Source: Alphaproteobacteria bacterium
Lineage (GTDB): Bacteria; Pseudomonadota; Alphaproteobacteria; GCA-2731375
DNA: 64,000 nt
NCBI GenBank assembly: GCA_965232515.1
Contig: CBDDPY010000002.1
Span: 7,136,001-7,200,000, forward strand
Reading direction: 5' to 3'
Positions 21,646-30,948 of this stretch are shown one piece after another (positions within the stretch are counted from its first letter, which is position 1; each line of letters opens with the position of its first letter). Below the pieces are notes generated by a model. It saw only the letters and a program-made list of their open reading frames with translations. It was not told the DNA's origin and made no database searches. The translations under genes and the position numbers were made by a program.

Positions 21646-23985
21646 TCAGCCAGCCATCTGACGGCGCTTGCGGTCGAGACGGTCCTTGCGCTGCTGGCGC
21701 GTCCGCTCCTCCATCAGACGGTCGGCACTGATCGGCGTCTGCGTCATCCGTAGACCGACGGCATCGGCGATGGCGTTGGCGATGGCCGGCATCAGCGCCG
21801 CGAGCGAGCCTTCGCCCGCTTCCTTGGCGCCGAACGGGCCGTTCGGGTCCACGCTCTCGACGATCCGTACGTCGACCGGCGGTGAATCGACCGATGTCGG
21901 GATCCGGTAATTGAGCAGGCTGGCATGCAGCGGCCGGCCGTCGTGATAACGCGTCTCCTCGGACAGCGCCTGCGCCAGGCCCATCCATACCGATCCCTGG
22001 ATCTGGCCTTCGACGGAGAGCGGGTTCAGGGCGCGGCCACAGTCGTGCGCGGCCCAGACATGCTCGACCGTCACCGCCGCCGTGTCCGGATCGATGCTGA
22101 CCTCGACGGCGACGGCCGCATAGCTGAAACCCATCGTCGCGCCGACGCCGGCGCCGCGGAACCGCTTGCCGCCATGGCTCTCGGGCGGCGTGGAATAGAT
22201 GCCTTTGACGGTGATGGTGCCGCTGTCTTCCAGGGCCGCGGCCACGACCTGCGCGAAATCAAGGCCCGTGTCCTGGCTGCCGGAGACGCGGAAGGTTTCG
22301 CCGTCGCGGGCGATATCGTCGATCGCGCATTCCAGCTTGCGGGCCGCCGCCGCGTGCAGGGTCTGGCGCAGGTGGCGCGCGGCATCGATCGCCGCGTTGC
22401 AGACCATGAAGGTAACGCGCGACGAATAGGAGCCGTTGTCCTTGGGCGTAACCGCGCTGTCGTTGGCGACGACGCGGATGCGGTCGAGATCGACGTCCAG
22501 CACCTCGGCGGCGCACTGCGCCAGCACCGTGGACGAGCCCTGCCCGATATCGGCCGCCCCCGTCAGCACCGTGATGCCGCCATCGAAGTCGAGCTTCAGA
22601 TTGATCACGGCATGCGGCTCGCCGGTCCAGTGTACCGGCCGGGCGGCGCCGCTGACATAGTGCGAGCAGGCGAGCCCGATGCCGCGGCCGTCCGGCAGGC
22701 CGCCGCGCTTGTCGCGCCAGCCGCTTGCCGCCTCGACCCAGTCCAGGCATTCCGGCAGGCCATAGCTGTTGACCATCAAGTCGTTCGGCGTGAACAGCGG
22801 CGCCTGCAGCAGGTTGGCGCGCCTGACGGCGACCGGATCGAGGTCGAGTTCGTCGGCCATCTCGTCCAGCAGGCTTTCGAAGGCGAACCGGACGTCGACC
22901 GTGCCATGGCCGCGCATGGCCCCGCATGGCGGCGTATTGGTGATCACCCGATAGCCGTCGAATTTGACGTTGGCGATGTCGTAAAGCGCGTGCAGTAGGG
23001 CGCCGGCATAGAGGATCGTCACGATGCCGTAGCCGCCGTAGGCGCCGCCCCGCTGCGTCACCTCGCAGGCCACGGCGGTCATGCGGCCGTCGCGGGTCAG
23101 GCCCAGCTTCAGGTGGATATCGGTTTCCGGCCGGCCGCGGTGGGTGATGAAGGTTTCTTCGCGGGTCGCGATCAGGCGCACCGCGCCGCCGGCCTTTTGC
23201 GCCAGCAGGCCGGCGATGATCTCGATGTTCAGACATTCGGTGCGCGAGCCGAAGCCGCCGCCGACGAAGGGTTTGATCACCCGGATCCGGGCGCTGTCCA
23301 GCTTCAGACAGCGCGCCAGCGTGCGGTGTACGTAGTAGGGGACCTGGCTGACCGACTGCAGCGTGAGGCGGTTCTGCGTCGGATCGAAGACGGCCAGCGC
23401 GGCGTGGGGCTCGATCTGGGCCTGACAGACCTCGGCGCAGTGATAGTGCTTCTCGCGCACGAGGTCGGCCGTATCGAAGCCGCTCTCGACATCGCCGAAG
23501 TGATGGTGCACGTCGCGCTCGATATTGCCGGGCCGGTCGGCGTGCAGCGATACCGCGTCGGCCGCCCGGGCGTCGGCGGCGTCGACGTAGGCCGGCAGCT
23601 CGCGCAATTCGGGCGCGATCAGATCAAGCGCCGCCTGCGCCGTGGCTTCGTCCACCGCCGCCACCGCCGCGATCGGTTCGCCGACATAGCGCACCCGGCC
23701 GCGCGCCAGCGGGTACTCGTTCATGGCGATCGGCAGCACGCCGAAGGTCTGGTCGCAATCGTTGCCGGTGACGATCGCGTAAACGCCCGGCAGCGCCGCG
23801 GCCGCCGACGTGTCGAGGCCGACGATCTCGGCGTGCGCGACGGGGCTGCGCAACACGCGTCCGACCAGCGCCGACCGGGCATCGAGGTCGGCGGTGAAGC
23901 GGGCGTTGCCGGTCACCTTGTCGACGCCGTCGATCAGCGGCGCCCTGGCGCCGACCGGCCGGTTGTCGCGCGCCGTCGCCGTCAT
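21646..23985 (-). CDS. hcrA: 4-hydroxybenzoyl-CoA reductase alpha (Mo-MCD) subunit
   Basis: Xanthine oxidase family motifs [21 protein letters not shown] and [11 protein letters not shown]; HcrA-typical [10 protein letters not shown] and HWTGEPHA. Confidence 0.9.
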   Translation of the reverse strand: MTATARDNRPVGARAPLIDGVDKVTGNARFTADLDARSALVGRVLRSPVAHAEIVGLDTSAAAALPGVYAIVTGNDCDQTFGVLPIAMNEYPLARGRVRYVGEPIAAVAAVDEATAQAALDLIAPELRELPAYVDAADARAADAVSLHADRPGNIERDVHHHFGDVESGFDTADLVREKHYHCAEVCQAQIEPHAALAVFDPTQNRLTLQSVSQVPYYVHRTLARCLKLDSARIRVIKPFVGGGFGSRTECLNIEIIAGLLAQKAGGAVRLIATREETFITHRGRPETDIHLKLGLTRDGRMTAVACEVTQRGGAYGGYGIVTILYAGALLHALYDIANVKFDGYRVITNTPPCGAMRGHGTVDVRFAFESLLDEMADELDLDPVAVRRANLLQAPLFTPNDLMVNSYGLPECLDWVEAASGWRDKRGGLPDGRGIGLACSHYVSGAARPVHWTGEPHAVINLKLDFDGGITVLTGAADIGQGSSTVLAQCAAEVLDVDLDRIRVVANDSAVTPKDNGSYSSRVTFMVCNAAIDAARHLRQTLHAAAARKLECAIDDIARDGETFRVSGSQDTGLDFAQVVAAALEDSGTITVKGIYSTPPESHGGKRFRGAGVGATMGFSYAAVAVEVSIDPDTAAVTVEHVWAAHDCGRALNPLSVEGQIQGSVWMGLAQALSEETRYHDGRPLHASLLNYRIPTSVDSPPVDVRIVESVDPNGPFGAKEAGEGSLAALMPAIANAIADAVGLRMTQTPISADRLMEERTRQQRKDRLDRKRRQMAG

Positions 23986-24452
23986 GCGTCCGCCTCCGCC
24001 GCGGCCAGCACCGACTCGATGATCTTCACATAGCCCGTGCAGCGACAGAGGTTGCCGCTCAACGCCTGTCGTACGGTCGCTTCGTCCGGTTTCGGATCGC
24101 GCCGCAACAAGGCTTCCGCCGCCATGATCATGCCGGGCGTGCAATAGCCGCATTGGGTGCCGAGGTGTTCGTGAAAGGCCCGCTGCAGCCGCGACAGCCG
24201 CCCGCGTTCGGCCTGGCCTTCGATGGTCTCGACCTCGGCGCCGGCAACGGTGCGGGCGAGCGTGATACAGGCCAGCCGCGGCGCGCCGTCCACCAGCACG
24301 GTGCAGGCGCCGCATTCACCGCCGTCGCAGCCGCTCTTGGTGCCGGTGAGGCCCATCGTCTCCCGGAGATAGTCGATCAGCAGCAGGTTGTCGGCGACGG
24401 CGTCTTCCCGGGACCGGCCGTTCAGCGTGAGCCGCAGGATCGACGTCGCCAT
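23982..24452 (-). CDS. hcrC: 4-hydroxybenzoyl-CoA reductase gamma (2x2Fe-2S) subunit
   Basis: [22 protein letters not shown] and NLCRCTGY. Confidence 0.9.
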   Translation of the reverse strand: MATSILRLTLNGRSREDAVADNLLLIDYLRETMGLTGTKSGCDGGECGACTVLVDGAPRLACITLARTVAGAEVETIEGQAERGRLSRLQRAFHEHLGTQCGYCTPGMIMAAEALLRRDPKPDEATVRQALSGNLCRCTGYVKIIESVLAAAEADA

Positions 24453-24459
24453 GGCGGCT

Positions 24460-25356
24460 TCAGCTCCAACCCGGGCGGGCCGGCCGCCCGGACGCGCCGG
24501 CGCCACGGACCGGCAGCGCCGGCAACGCGAAACCCTGGTTGAAGGCGGCGCGCGCGACCAGCACGAACTTCAGCCACCAGCCGCCGAGCGCCGCGGCAAG
24601 ACCGGCGGCGACCAACAATGGCTCGGCAAACTCGGCGGCAAGGAAAGCGCCGACCGACAAGGCCAACGGCAGGATCAGGCCAAGCAGCAACATCGGCACG
24701 CGTGCCTGCCGCAACACGGTCTGCGCCAAGGCCGGCGCGCCGTCCGTGGCCAGTTGCGCGATGTAGCGCCGCCACAGCACCTCCCGGAGAGCGCAGAGGA
24801 TCACAAGGACGATGATCCACCGGATACCAGGGGCTCCCGACATTGCAAGCAGGGCCAGCGACAGTCCGGCGCCTTCGGCGAGCCCCGTGGCAACAATCAC
24901 CGGCCGCAGCGCGCGATGCCGCCAGGCCGGGATGCCCTTCGCCGCCGTAAAGATGTTCATCTGGCACAGCAGATAGGCCAGCCCCAGGAGTGCGGCCAGC
25001 CAGGTCGCGGGCGCGACAGCCCACGGCAGCAGCGATGGCAAGGCGTTCAACAGGATCGCCGCGGCGGCCGCCGCGGTCAGCACCACGCCGATATCGGCCT
25101 CGCGCGTCATCCACGAGGTTTGCGGATGGAAGAACACGTTGAAGGCCCGCCACGGCCGGCCGATCTCGAACCAGACGGCAAGCAACCCGAGTCCGATCAG
25201 GCCGATCGCAATCGTCTGGCTTTGCCAGATCCAGAGAGGTTCCCGCAGCGCGATCGCCGTCGCGATCAGAAGGCCGGCGCCGCTGCCGCCGCCGATGAAG
25301 TTGGCGGCCGCGCGGGCGTCCCAGTTGGTCTGATGCCGCGGCGTCACGCCGGTCAT
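24460..25356 (-). CDS. padD: DmsC-like membrane anchor, phenylacetyl-CoA:acceptor oxidoreductase subunit
   Basis: Multi-TM protein; QTNWDARAAANFIGGGSG and EIGRPWRAFNVFFHPQTSWMTRE match the PadD type. Confidence 0.72.
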   Translation of the reverse strand: MTGVTPRHQTNWDARAAANFIGGGSGAGLLIATAIALREPLWIWQSQTIAIGLIGLGLLAVWFEIGRPWRAFNVFFHPQTSWMTREADIGVVLTAAAAAAILLNALPSLLPWAVAPATWLAALLGLAYLLCQMNIFTAAKGIPAWRHRALRPVIVATGLAEGAGLSLALLAMSGAPGIRWIIVLVILCALREVLWRRYIAQLATDGAPALAQTVLRQARVPMLLLGLILPLALSVGAFLAAEFAEPLLVAAGLAAALGGWWLKFVLVARAAFNQGFALPALPVRGAGASGRPARPGWS

Positions 25357-26000
25357 GTCGTTTCCCAGATGTAGTGAATGCCGGGCTCGGTACCAAGCTC
25401 TTCGTGCATGCGGAAATGCCGTGTCTCCGCCAGCAATCGGGAGACGTTGCTCTCCGGATCGTCCCGGTCGCCGAAGTGGAGCGCGTTGGCGATGCAGGAA
25501 TTCACGCAAGCCGGCGTCGCCTCCGGATCGACGCCCGGGGTCAGGCCCTGCGCTTCGCCCGCGTCCACCCGATCGACGCAGAACGTGCATTTCGTCGCCA
25601 CCTTGAGACGCCTCTCGTCGAACCGCGCGGCCTCCGCCGGACTTGGTTCATCGCCATACGCAAAGGTCGGTTTGTGCGTAATGTGCCGCGCTTGGTAGGG
25701 GCAGGCGACGGCGCAATAGCCGCAGCCGATGCAGAGGTCGTAGTCGATCGTCACCATGCCGTCGTCGCGCTGGCCCGTCGCGGTTGTCGGGCAGACATGC
25801 TTGCAGGGCGGATCGCCGCAATGCATGCAGCCGACGGGCACGAAGGCGCGCGCCACATCCGGATAGTCACCGATCTCCATGTCCAGAACCTGCCGCCATT
25901 GCACGCCCGGCGGCGTGGCGTTGGCGTGCCGGCAGGCGGCCGTGCAGGTCTGGCAGCCGACACAGCGGCGCAGGTCGACGACCATGACGTAGCGGGTCAT
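25353..26000 (-). CDS. padC: Four-cluster 4Fe-4S subunit (DmsB-like), phenylacetyl-CoA:acceptor oxidoreductase small subunit
   Basis: CVGCQTC, CMHCGDPPC...CP, CIGCGYC...CPY and KCTFC...PACVNSC. Confidence 0.75.
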   Translation of the reverse strand: MTRYVMVVDLRRCVGCQTCTAACRHANATPPGVQWRQVLDMEIGDYPDVARAFVPVGCMHCGDPPCKHVCPTTATGQRDDGMVTIDYDLCIGCGYCAVACPYQARHITHKPTFAYGDEPSPAEAARFDERRLKVATKCTFCVDRVDAGEAQGLTPGVDPEATPACVNSCIANALHFGDRDDPESNVSRLLAETRHFRMHEELGTEPGIHYIWETT

Positions 26001-28720
26001 GCCGCCGCCGCCAGCCAGCGGACGTCGACCCGGACGAGGTCGGCCGACGAACCGGTGGCATCGGTGAGCGCCAGCGACATCGGCGTGATGGTGTTCATGC
26101 TGGGCGTTTCCAGATCCTTGGCGAATGGCGTCGCCCAGTGATCGAACTGTCCGATCATCAACAGCGTGTCCGGTCGGATGCCCTGGCGCAGGATCGCCCG
26201 GCCTTTTGTGGCGCGCAGGCTGGACCGCACTTCGATCAGATCGCCCTCGTCGATGCCGAGCACGGCCGCGCGTGCGGCGTTCATGACCACGCCGCGGTGG
26301 CCTTTCACGTTGCGCGCGACCTCGTCCATGATCGGCAGCCCGGCATTGGCGCCCCAGGCATATTGCATGCTGCGTGACGTCAGCAGCCAGAACGGGAAGT
26401 GGCCGGGATCGGCGCCGGTGTCGACCAACGCCTGTTCCCAAAGGCCGCCGAAGTCCTTCGCCACCGGCAGGGCCTGGTATTCCGTCAGCTGCTGCGCCCA
26501 CCAGGCGATGCCATGCTCGTGCAGCCGGTTGCCGAGCTCGCGGCCGATCCGGAACAGTTGTTCCTGATACGGCATCTCGAAGCGGATGCCCTTGCGCCGG
26601 ATCTCCGGAAACAGATACCAGCTGAGCCGCGAGATCGGCTTGGTCCGATGGCCGTGCCGTCTGAACCAGTCGAGCCCGTCCTGCGCCTGGCCGGCGGTCA
26701 GCTCGGCGCTCGCCGCCCGGCAGACGGCGTCCCAGATCTCCGGCGCGGTCGGGGCCTCCGCGACGTCGAGGGAGACGTCATAGCCCTCGCCGCTGAGCGG
26801 GACGCCGGCGGCGCCGCGATTGATCGCCTTGTTGTATTTCTCCAATAGGCCGGTGCGCCTGGCCAGTTCGGTTGCGATGTCGGTGAAGTCGCGGGTATCG
26901 CCGGCCGGTTCGACCACGGCCTGCCGCAACGCGAAGCCCTCGTGATCCCAGAACTGCTCGACGAACTTGGTGTTGCCGATGCGGATCAGTTGATCGCTTT
27001 CCAGGTCCGTGCGTTCGGGCAGCAGCAGATCCGCCATGTAGTTGGTCTCGTCGGCGGTGTAGGCGAAGGCCACGACGAAGGGGAACTCGGCGACGCGCCG
27101 CACCACCTCGGGCGTATCCCAGAACGAAATGGCCGGATTGGTGCGGTAGACGAACCAGATCTCGGGCAGCGTCACGGGCGGCCAGTTCTCGGGCGTCTCC
27201 TTGGCGAACATCCAGGCGAGATGCGTCGGTCCGAGCGCCGTGCTCCACGGCGAGTGCGCCGAGAGCGGCACCAGCCGGTCATGCGCGTTGCGGACGTTCG
27301 GCCGCGCCTGCCACTGGTCGCGGTCGGTCGGGTTCATCGGATAGGCCATGAAGCCGTCGGGGCCGGCGTTGACGCTGGCTTGGCGCGAGCTCGCGGGCCG
27401 GTTGAGACGCACCGTCGTGCCCAGCGTGCCGCCCGGCACTTCCAGGCCGCCGATCAGGCAGGCAAGCAGGGTTCGCGCCCAGCAGCATTCGTAGCCGCCC
27501 CAGCCGTTGGTCACGGTCTTGCCCAGGCTGATGGCCACCGGCCGGAAGGGCAGCGTCTCGCCGTCGACGTCGACGGTGGCGCCGACCTGCGCATGTTCGA
27601 GATAGTCTCCCGCAATACGGCGCAGGGTGCCCCGCTCAATGTCGCAGATCTCCTCGGCCCATTCCGGGGTGTTCGGCGCCACATGCGCAACCAGCTTGCT
27701 GAAGCTCGTCTCGGCCGTGCCCGCGTCATGTCGCCAGATTTCATCGTCGGCGCCAACCTCGATGCCGGAGACGGCGAACGTGCCTTCCAGCGCCGGATCG
27801 GTGTCGGCGGTATCGAACGGCACGGCCGTTTGTCGCTTCTGGTCCCAGATCAACGGTTTGCGGCTTTCGGCGTCGCGCATGAAGTAGCCGTTTGGGCCGA
27901 CCAGGTAGGGCGCGCCGGTATGATCCCGGAGGAAGGTCAGGTCGAGGGCGTCGCGCGGCTTCTCGTGCAGCAGTACATGGATGATCGCGAACAGGAACGC
28001 CGGGTCCGTCTTCGGCTTGATCGGGATCCATTCGGCCGAGCAGGCGCCGGTGATCGACAGGTGCGGCTCGATCTGTACGCGTTTCATCCCGCGGGCCCGG
28101 GATTCGGCATGCCGCCAGACACCGGCGACGCCGCCGGACGCCTCGGTGTTGGCGCCGAACGACAGGACATAATCGCAGTTCGGCGTATCGGGACAGACGG
28201 TGAAGGCCCGGTGCCAGAACTCGCCGTAGAGATGTTCGGAGTGATAGCACTTCACGCCCTGGCCGCTGCCAAAGCTGAAGTCGATCGGACCCCAGGCGGC
28301 GAGAAACGCCGGGAAGGTGCCCATGTAATAGGTCGGCGTCCCGCCGCCGCCGAAGCTCGCCGCGACCCGCGGATAGCCGTTGTCGTCGCGCAGGCCGCGG
28401 GCGCGGATGTCGTTCAGCTTCGCCGCGATCATGTCCAGGGCCTCGTCCCAACTGACCGGAACGAAACCGGGGTCGTGCTCCTTGCCCTTGTTCGGATTGG
28501 TCCGCTTCATGGGCTGGCGGAGGCGGTTCGGATTGTAGGTCTTCTCGATCAGGCCGTAGGCCTTGACGCAGACCTTGCCAGCGCCCGGATGCACATCGGC
28601 GGCGGCGAAGTTCGGCTCGATGCCCGTCGCGACGCCGTCAACCACGTTGACGTTCAGCAAATCGGGCCCGGCCACACACTGGTAGCAGTAGACAGGAACC
28701 TTGTGACCGGGGTTCGCCAT
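25997..28720 (-). CDS. padB: Mo-bisPGD oxidoreductase large subunit, phenylacetyl-CoA:acceptor oxidoreductase-like
   Basis: YCYQCVAGPD...VCVKAYG, PMKRTNPNKG..DPGFVPVSWDEALD and GVKCYHSEH; no Tat signal; followed by DmsB/C-like genes. Confidence 0.72.
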   Translation of the reverse strand: MANPGHKVPVYCYQCVAGPDLLNVNVVDGVATGIEPNFAAADVHPGAGKVCVKAYGLIEKTYNPNRLRQPMKRTNPNKGKEHDPGFVPVSWDEALDMIAAKLNDIRARGLRDDNGYPRVAASFGGGGTPTYYMGTFPAFLAAWGPIDFSFGSGQGVKCYHSEHLYGEFWHRAFTVCPDTPNCDYVLSFGANTEASGGVAGVWRHAESRARGMKRVQIEPHLSITGACSAEWIPIKPKTDPAFLFAIIHVLLHEKPRDALDLTFLRDHTGAPYLVGPNGYFMRDAESRKPLIWDQKRQTAVPFDTADTDPALEGTFAVSGIEVGADDEIWRHDAGTAETSFSKLVAHVAPNTPEWAEEICDIERGTLRRIAGDYLEHAQVGATVDVDGETLPFRPVAISLGKTVTNGWGGYECCWARTLLACLIGGLEVPGGTLGTTVRLNRPASSRQASVNAGPDGFMAYPMNPTDRDQWQARPNVRNAHDRLVPLSAHSPWSTALGPTHLAWMFAKETPENWPPVTLPEIWFVYRTNPAISFWDTPEVVRRVAEFPFVVAFAYTADETNYMADLLLPERTDLESDQLIRIGNTKFVEQFWDHEGFALRQAVVEPAGDTRDFTDIATELARRTGLLEKYNKAINRGAAGVPLSGEGYDVSLDVAEAPTAPEIWDAVCRAASAELTAGQAQDGLDWFRRHGHRTKPISRLSWYLFPEIRRKGIRFEMPYQEQLFRIGRELGNRLHEHGIAWWAQQLTEYQALPVAKDFGGLWEQALVDTGADPGHFPFWLLTSRSMQYAWGANAGLPIMDEVARNVKGHRGVVMNAARAAVLGIDEGDLIEVRSSLRATKGRAILRQGIRPDTLLMIGQFDHWATPFAKDLETPSMNTITPMSLALTDATGSSADLVRVDVRWLAAAA

Positions 28721-28728
28721 GATCCGGC

Positions 28729-29136
28729 CTACGTCGAGTTCGCCTTCGCCACCTTGGCCGCGACGCGTTCCTTCAGCTTGTCGACCATGACCATGAAGCG
28801 GCCATGCCGTCCCTTGCAGATCTCCTCCATGGCGTCGCGGGCAACCACGTCGAAGACGATCTGCCGGCCGTCGACCTTGGCGACGGTCGCGGTGATCTCG
28901 ACCGGCATGCCCAGCGGCGTCGCGCCGGAATGGCTGATCTCGATGCCGACGCCGACCGAGTTCTCGCCCGGCTCCGCATGCTCGAGCAGAAAATTCAGGC
29001 AGGTTTCCTCGATATCGCGGACCAGCTCCGGCGTCGCGTAGACGCGCAAGTCATCACCGAGAAAGTCGATGGTCCGCGGCTTGTCGATGGTGATCGACCG
29101 GGTGGTGCCGATGCCGGGCTGCAACGAGGACTTCAT
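28729..29136 (-). CDS. FlK-like hotdog thioesterase
   Basis: VYATPELV..IE, SVG...H...TPLG and GRHGRF; GGGAGGG RBS. Confidence 0.82.
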   Translation of the reverse strand: MKSSLQPGIGTTRSITIDKPRTIDFLGDDLRVYATPELVRDIEETCLNFLLEHAEPGENSVGVGIEISHSGATPLGMPVEITATVAKVDGRQIVFDVVARDAMEEICKGRHGRFMVMVDKLKERVAAKVAKANST

Positions 29137-29216
29137 GGCGGGACCCTCCCATTCGTCGAAGCAGCCCCGGACAAACATGACAGGCACACCGTCCCAGGGC
29201 CTGTTTTCAGTAATAA

Positions 29217-29253
29217 TCGTATTACAGTACTTAAATACGAATTTAAACGTCAA
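29217..29253 (-). promoter_or_regulatory. Putative operator copy 4, TCGTATT-ACA-GTAC-TTA-AATACGA (29217-29240), overlapping a TTGACG-N18-TACTGT promoter for thioesterase-pad-hcr
   Basis: Best copy of the palindrome, with perfect 7-bp arms around the GTAC core. Confidence 0.7.
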
Positions 29254-29365
29254 TGCAAATGTTGATCTCGCGCAGGTGCGCGTCCGTTACGCTCGCTCGG
29301 TCCCACGCCTGTCGGATCGGGCGCCCGTGTGCGAGGCCGACCTTGATGGGTTTGAGAAAGGCGCG

Positions 29366-29497
29366 TTAGTCGAGGCGGACGGACTGGTTCGGCGATTGGT
29401 TGGCGCCGGCGGTCGACTGGCGAAACTGATCCAGCGTCATCCAGGCAGCGAGGCTGATCACGACGATGGCGACGATGCTTACCAGGAAAGCTTTCAC
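29366..29497 (-). CDS. Small 43-aa membrane/secreted protein (not in the ORF track)
   Basis: GTG start with GGAGGGG RBS; MKAFLVSIVAIVVISLAAWMTLDQFRQSTAGANQSPNQSVRLD; last gene of the fdh run. Confidence 0.65.
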   Translation of the reverse strand: MKAFLVSIVAIVVISLAAWMTLDQFRQSTAGANQSPNQSVRLD

Positions 29498-29559
29498 GTT
29501 CGTCCCCTCCAGATGAGACCGCCAAGGTTATGCCATCTGCGGCAACAGGTGAACCGACA

Positions 29560-30906
29560 CTAGTTCGGCGGTTGCGTGACGCGTTCGAGGTAGCGGATCA
29601 GATCGGCCCGATCCTGCGCATTCGGAATCTTCTGCAGCGGCATTTTGGATCCGGGCGTCAGTGCGTCAGGCCCGATCTCGAACAGCCGGCTTATCGTTTG
29701 CGCGTTCCACACGATGCGGCTCCGCTTGAGAGCTGCGGAGTAGGGGTAGCCGACGGCGCTCCCGGCGCGCCGTCCAAACAGACGATAGAGCGTCGGGCCG
29801 GCCTTGTTCTCGTCATCGGCCGAAACGCTGTGACAGGCAGCGCACTTCCGAAACAACCGGGCGCCGGGATCGCCGGCAACGTCAAGCGCGGCGCGGCGAC
29901 GGTCGGTATTGCCGGTCGAGGCGCCGAGTTCCCGACCCGTTTCGACGGCCCATATCCTGACCACGCCATCCGCTCCGGCGGACAGCAGACGGGTTCCATC
30001 GGGCGAGAACGACAACGACCAGACCGGGCCCTCATGGCCGAAGAGCGCGCGCAGGATCTGCCGGCCGTCGATGCGCCAAAGCAGTATCGTGCCGTTCACG
30101 TCGCCGGACGCCATCCGGGTCCCATCGGCGGAGACGGCGATGGCCAGCACCGGACTGTCATGGCCGAGCAGCAAGCTGTTTTCGCGGCCATCGGCGAGGT
30201 TCCACAGACGTACGGTCTCGTCGCTGGAGGCGGATGCCAGCCAATCGCCGCCGGGGTCCAGCGCAATCGCGTTGACGGCGTAGTCATGGCCGCGCAAGAC
30301 ATCCAGTCGATTGCCGTCGCTGATCCGCCAAACCTGAATGACGCCGTCATAGCCGCCCGTGAGCAGCTGCGCGCCGCCGTTCAGAAAGGCCACGCAATTG
30401 ATGTTGGTGTCCGGCGCGCGCAACACTATCGTCTGCCGACGCGTCGCCAAATCCCAGACGCGTGCGGTCCCGTCCCATCCGCCCGACGCGGCAAGGCGCC
30501 CATCCGGTGATATGGCGACGCTGGCGACCTTACCGGCATGTCCATTGAGCCTGGCTACCAGACGTCGCTGGGACAGATCCCAGAGACCGACGGTGCCGTC
30601 GTCGCTCGCCGAGACGACGCGGGTCCCGTCCGGCGTGATGGCGACGGCATTGACGGCGGCGTCGTGTCCGACCAGCCGGGCCAGCGAACGCTGTTCGTCC
30701 AGGTCCCAGACGATAAGGCTGTAGTCGAAGCTGGCGGAGACCGCTTGACGACCGTCCGGCGACACGGTGACGGCCTTGACGGCGCCGCCATGTCCCGCCA
30801 ATTCAGCCCGTGCCGGTGACGAGGCCGCCCAGACCAGGAACGCGGCGATGACGATTCCGGCGCGGCCGGCCATGGTTGCCATCGCAGGCTGTCGCCGGGG
30901 TTTCAT
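29560..30906 (-). CDS. WD40 beta-propeller / cytochrome c fusion, periplasmic
   Basis: Signal peptide, about 7 GH...WD repeats, and a C-terminal c2-like domain with CAACH and PGSKM. Confidence 0.88.
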   Translation of the reverse strand: MKPRRQPAMATMAGRAGIVIAAFLVWAASSPARAELAGHGGAVKAVTVSPDGRQAVSASFDYSLIVWDLDEQRSLARLVGHDAAVNAVAITPDGTRVVSASDDGTVGLWDLSQRRLVARLNGHAGKVASVAISPDGRLAASGGWDGTARVWDLATRRQTIVLRAPDTNINCVAFLNGGAQLLTGGYDGVIQVWRISDGNRLDVLRGHDYAVNAIALDPGGDWLASASSDETVRLWNLADGRENSLLLGHDSPVLAIAVSADGTRMASGDVNGTILLWRIDGRQILRALFGHEGPVWSLSFSPDGTRLLSAGADGVVRIWAVETGRELGASTGNTDRRRAALDVAGDPGARLFRKCAACHSVSADDENKAGPTLYRLFGRRAGSAVGYPYSAALKRSRIVWNAQTISRLFEIGPDALTPGSKMPLQKIPNAQDRADLIRYLERVTQPPN

Positions 30907-30948
30907 GAGACTCAGTCGACGCGCATGCGGGCCAACGACCTCGCCTCC

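Noticed and set aside
25997-28720. Calling the molybdoenzyme a DMSO reductase or pyrogallol transhydroxylase
   Set aside because: It has no Tat signal, and the PadD-type anchor and aromatic-CoA context fit PadBCD better. The substrate remains unproven.
26942-29041. Long antisense or alternative-frame ORFs (e.g. 26942-29041, 33893-35716, 53085-55259, 60578-62446)
   Set aside because: They are shadow ORFs of high-GC genes: no recognisable motifs, and they lie opposite well-supported CDSs.
29262-29275. Fnr/AadR box upstream of the pad-hcr operon (TTGAT-CTCG-CGCAG)
   Set aside because: Only one half-site matches and its spacing to the predicted promoter is unconvincing.
29900-30800. Periodic sequence similarity suggesting a repeat array or CRISPR
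   Set aside because: Explained by WD40 coding repeats. There are no identical direct repeats with spacers and no cas genes.
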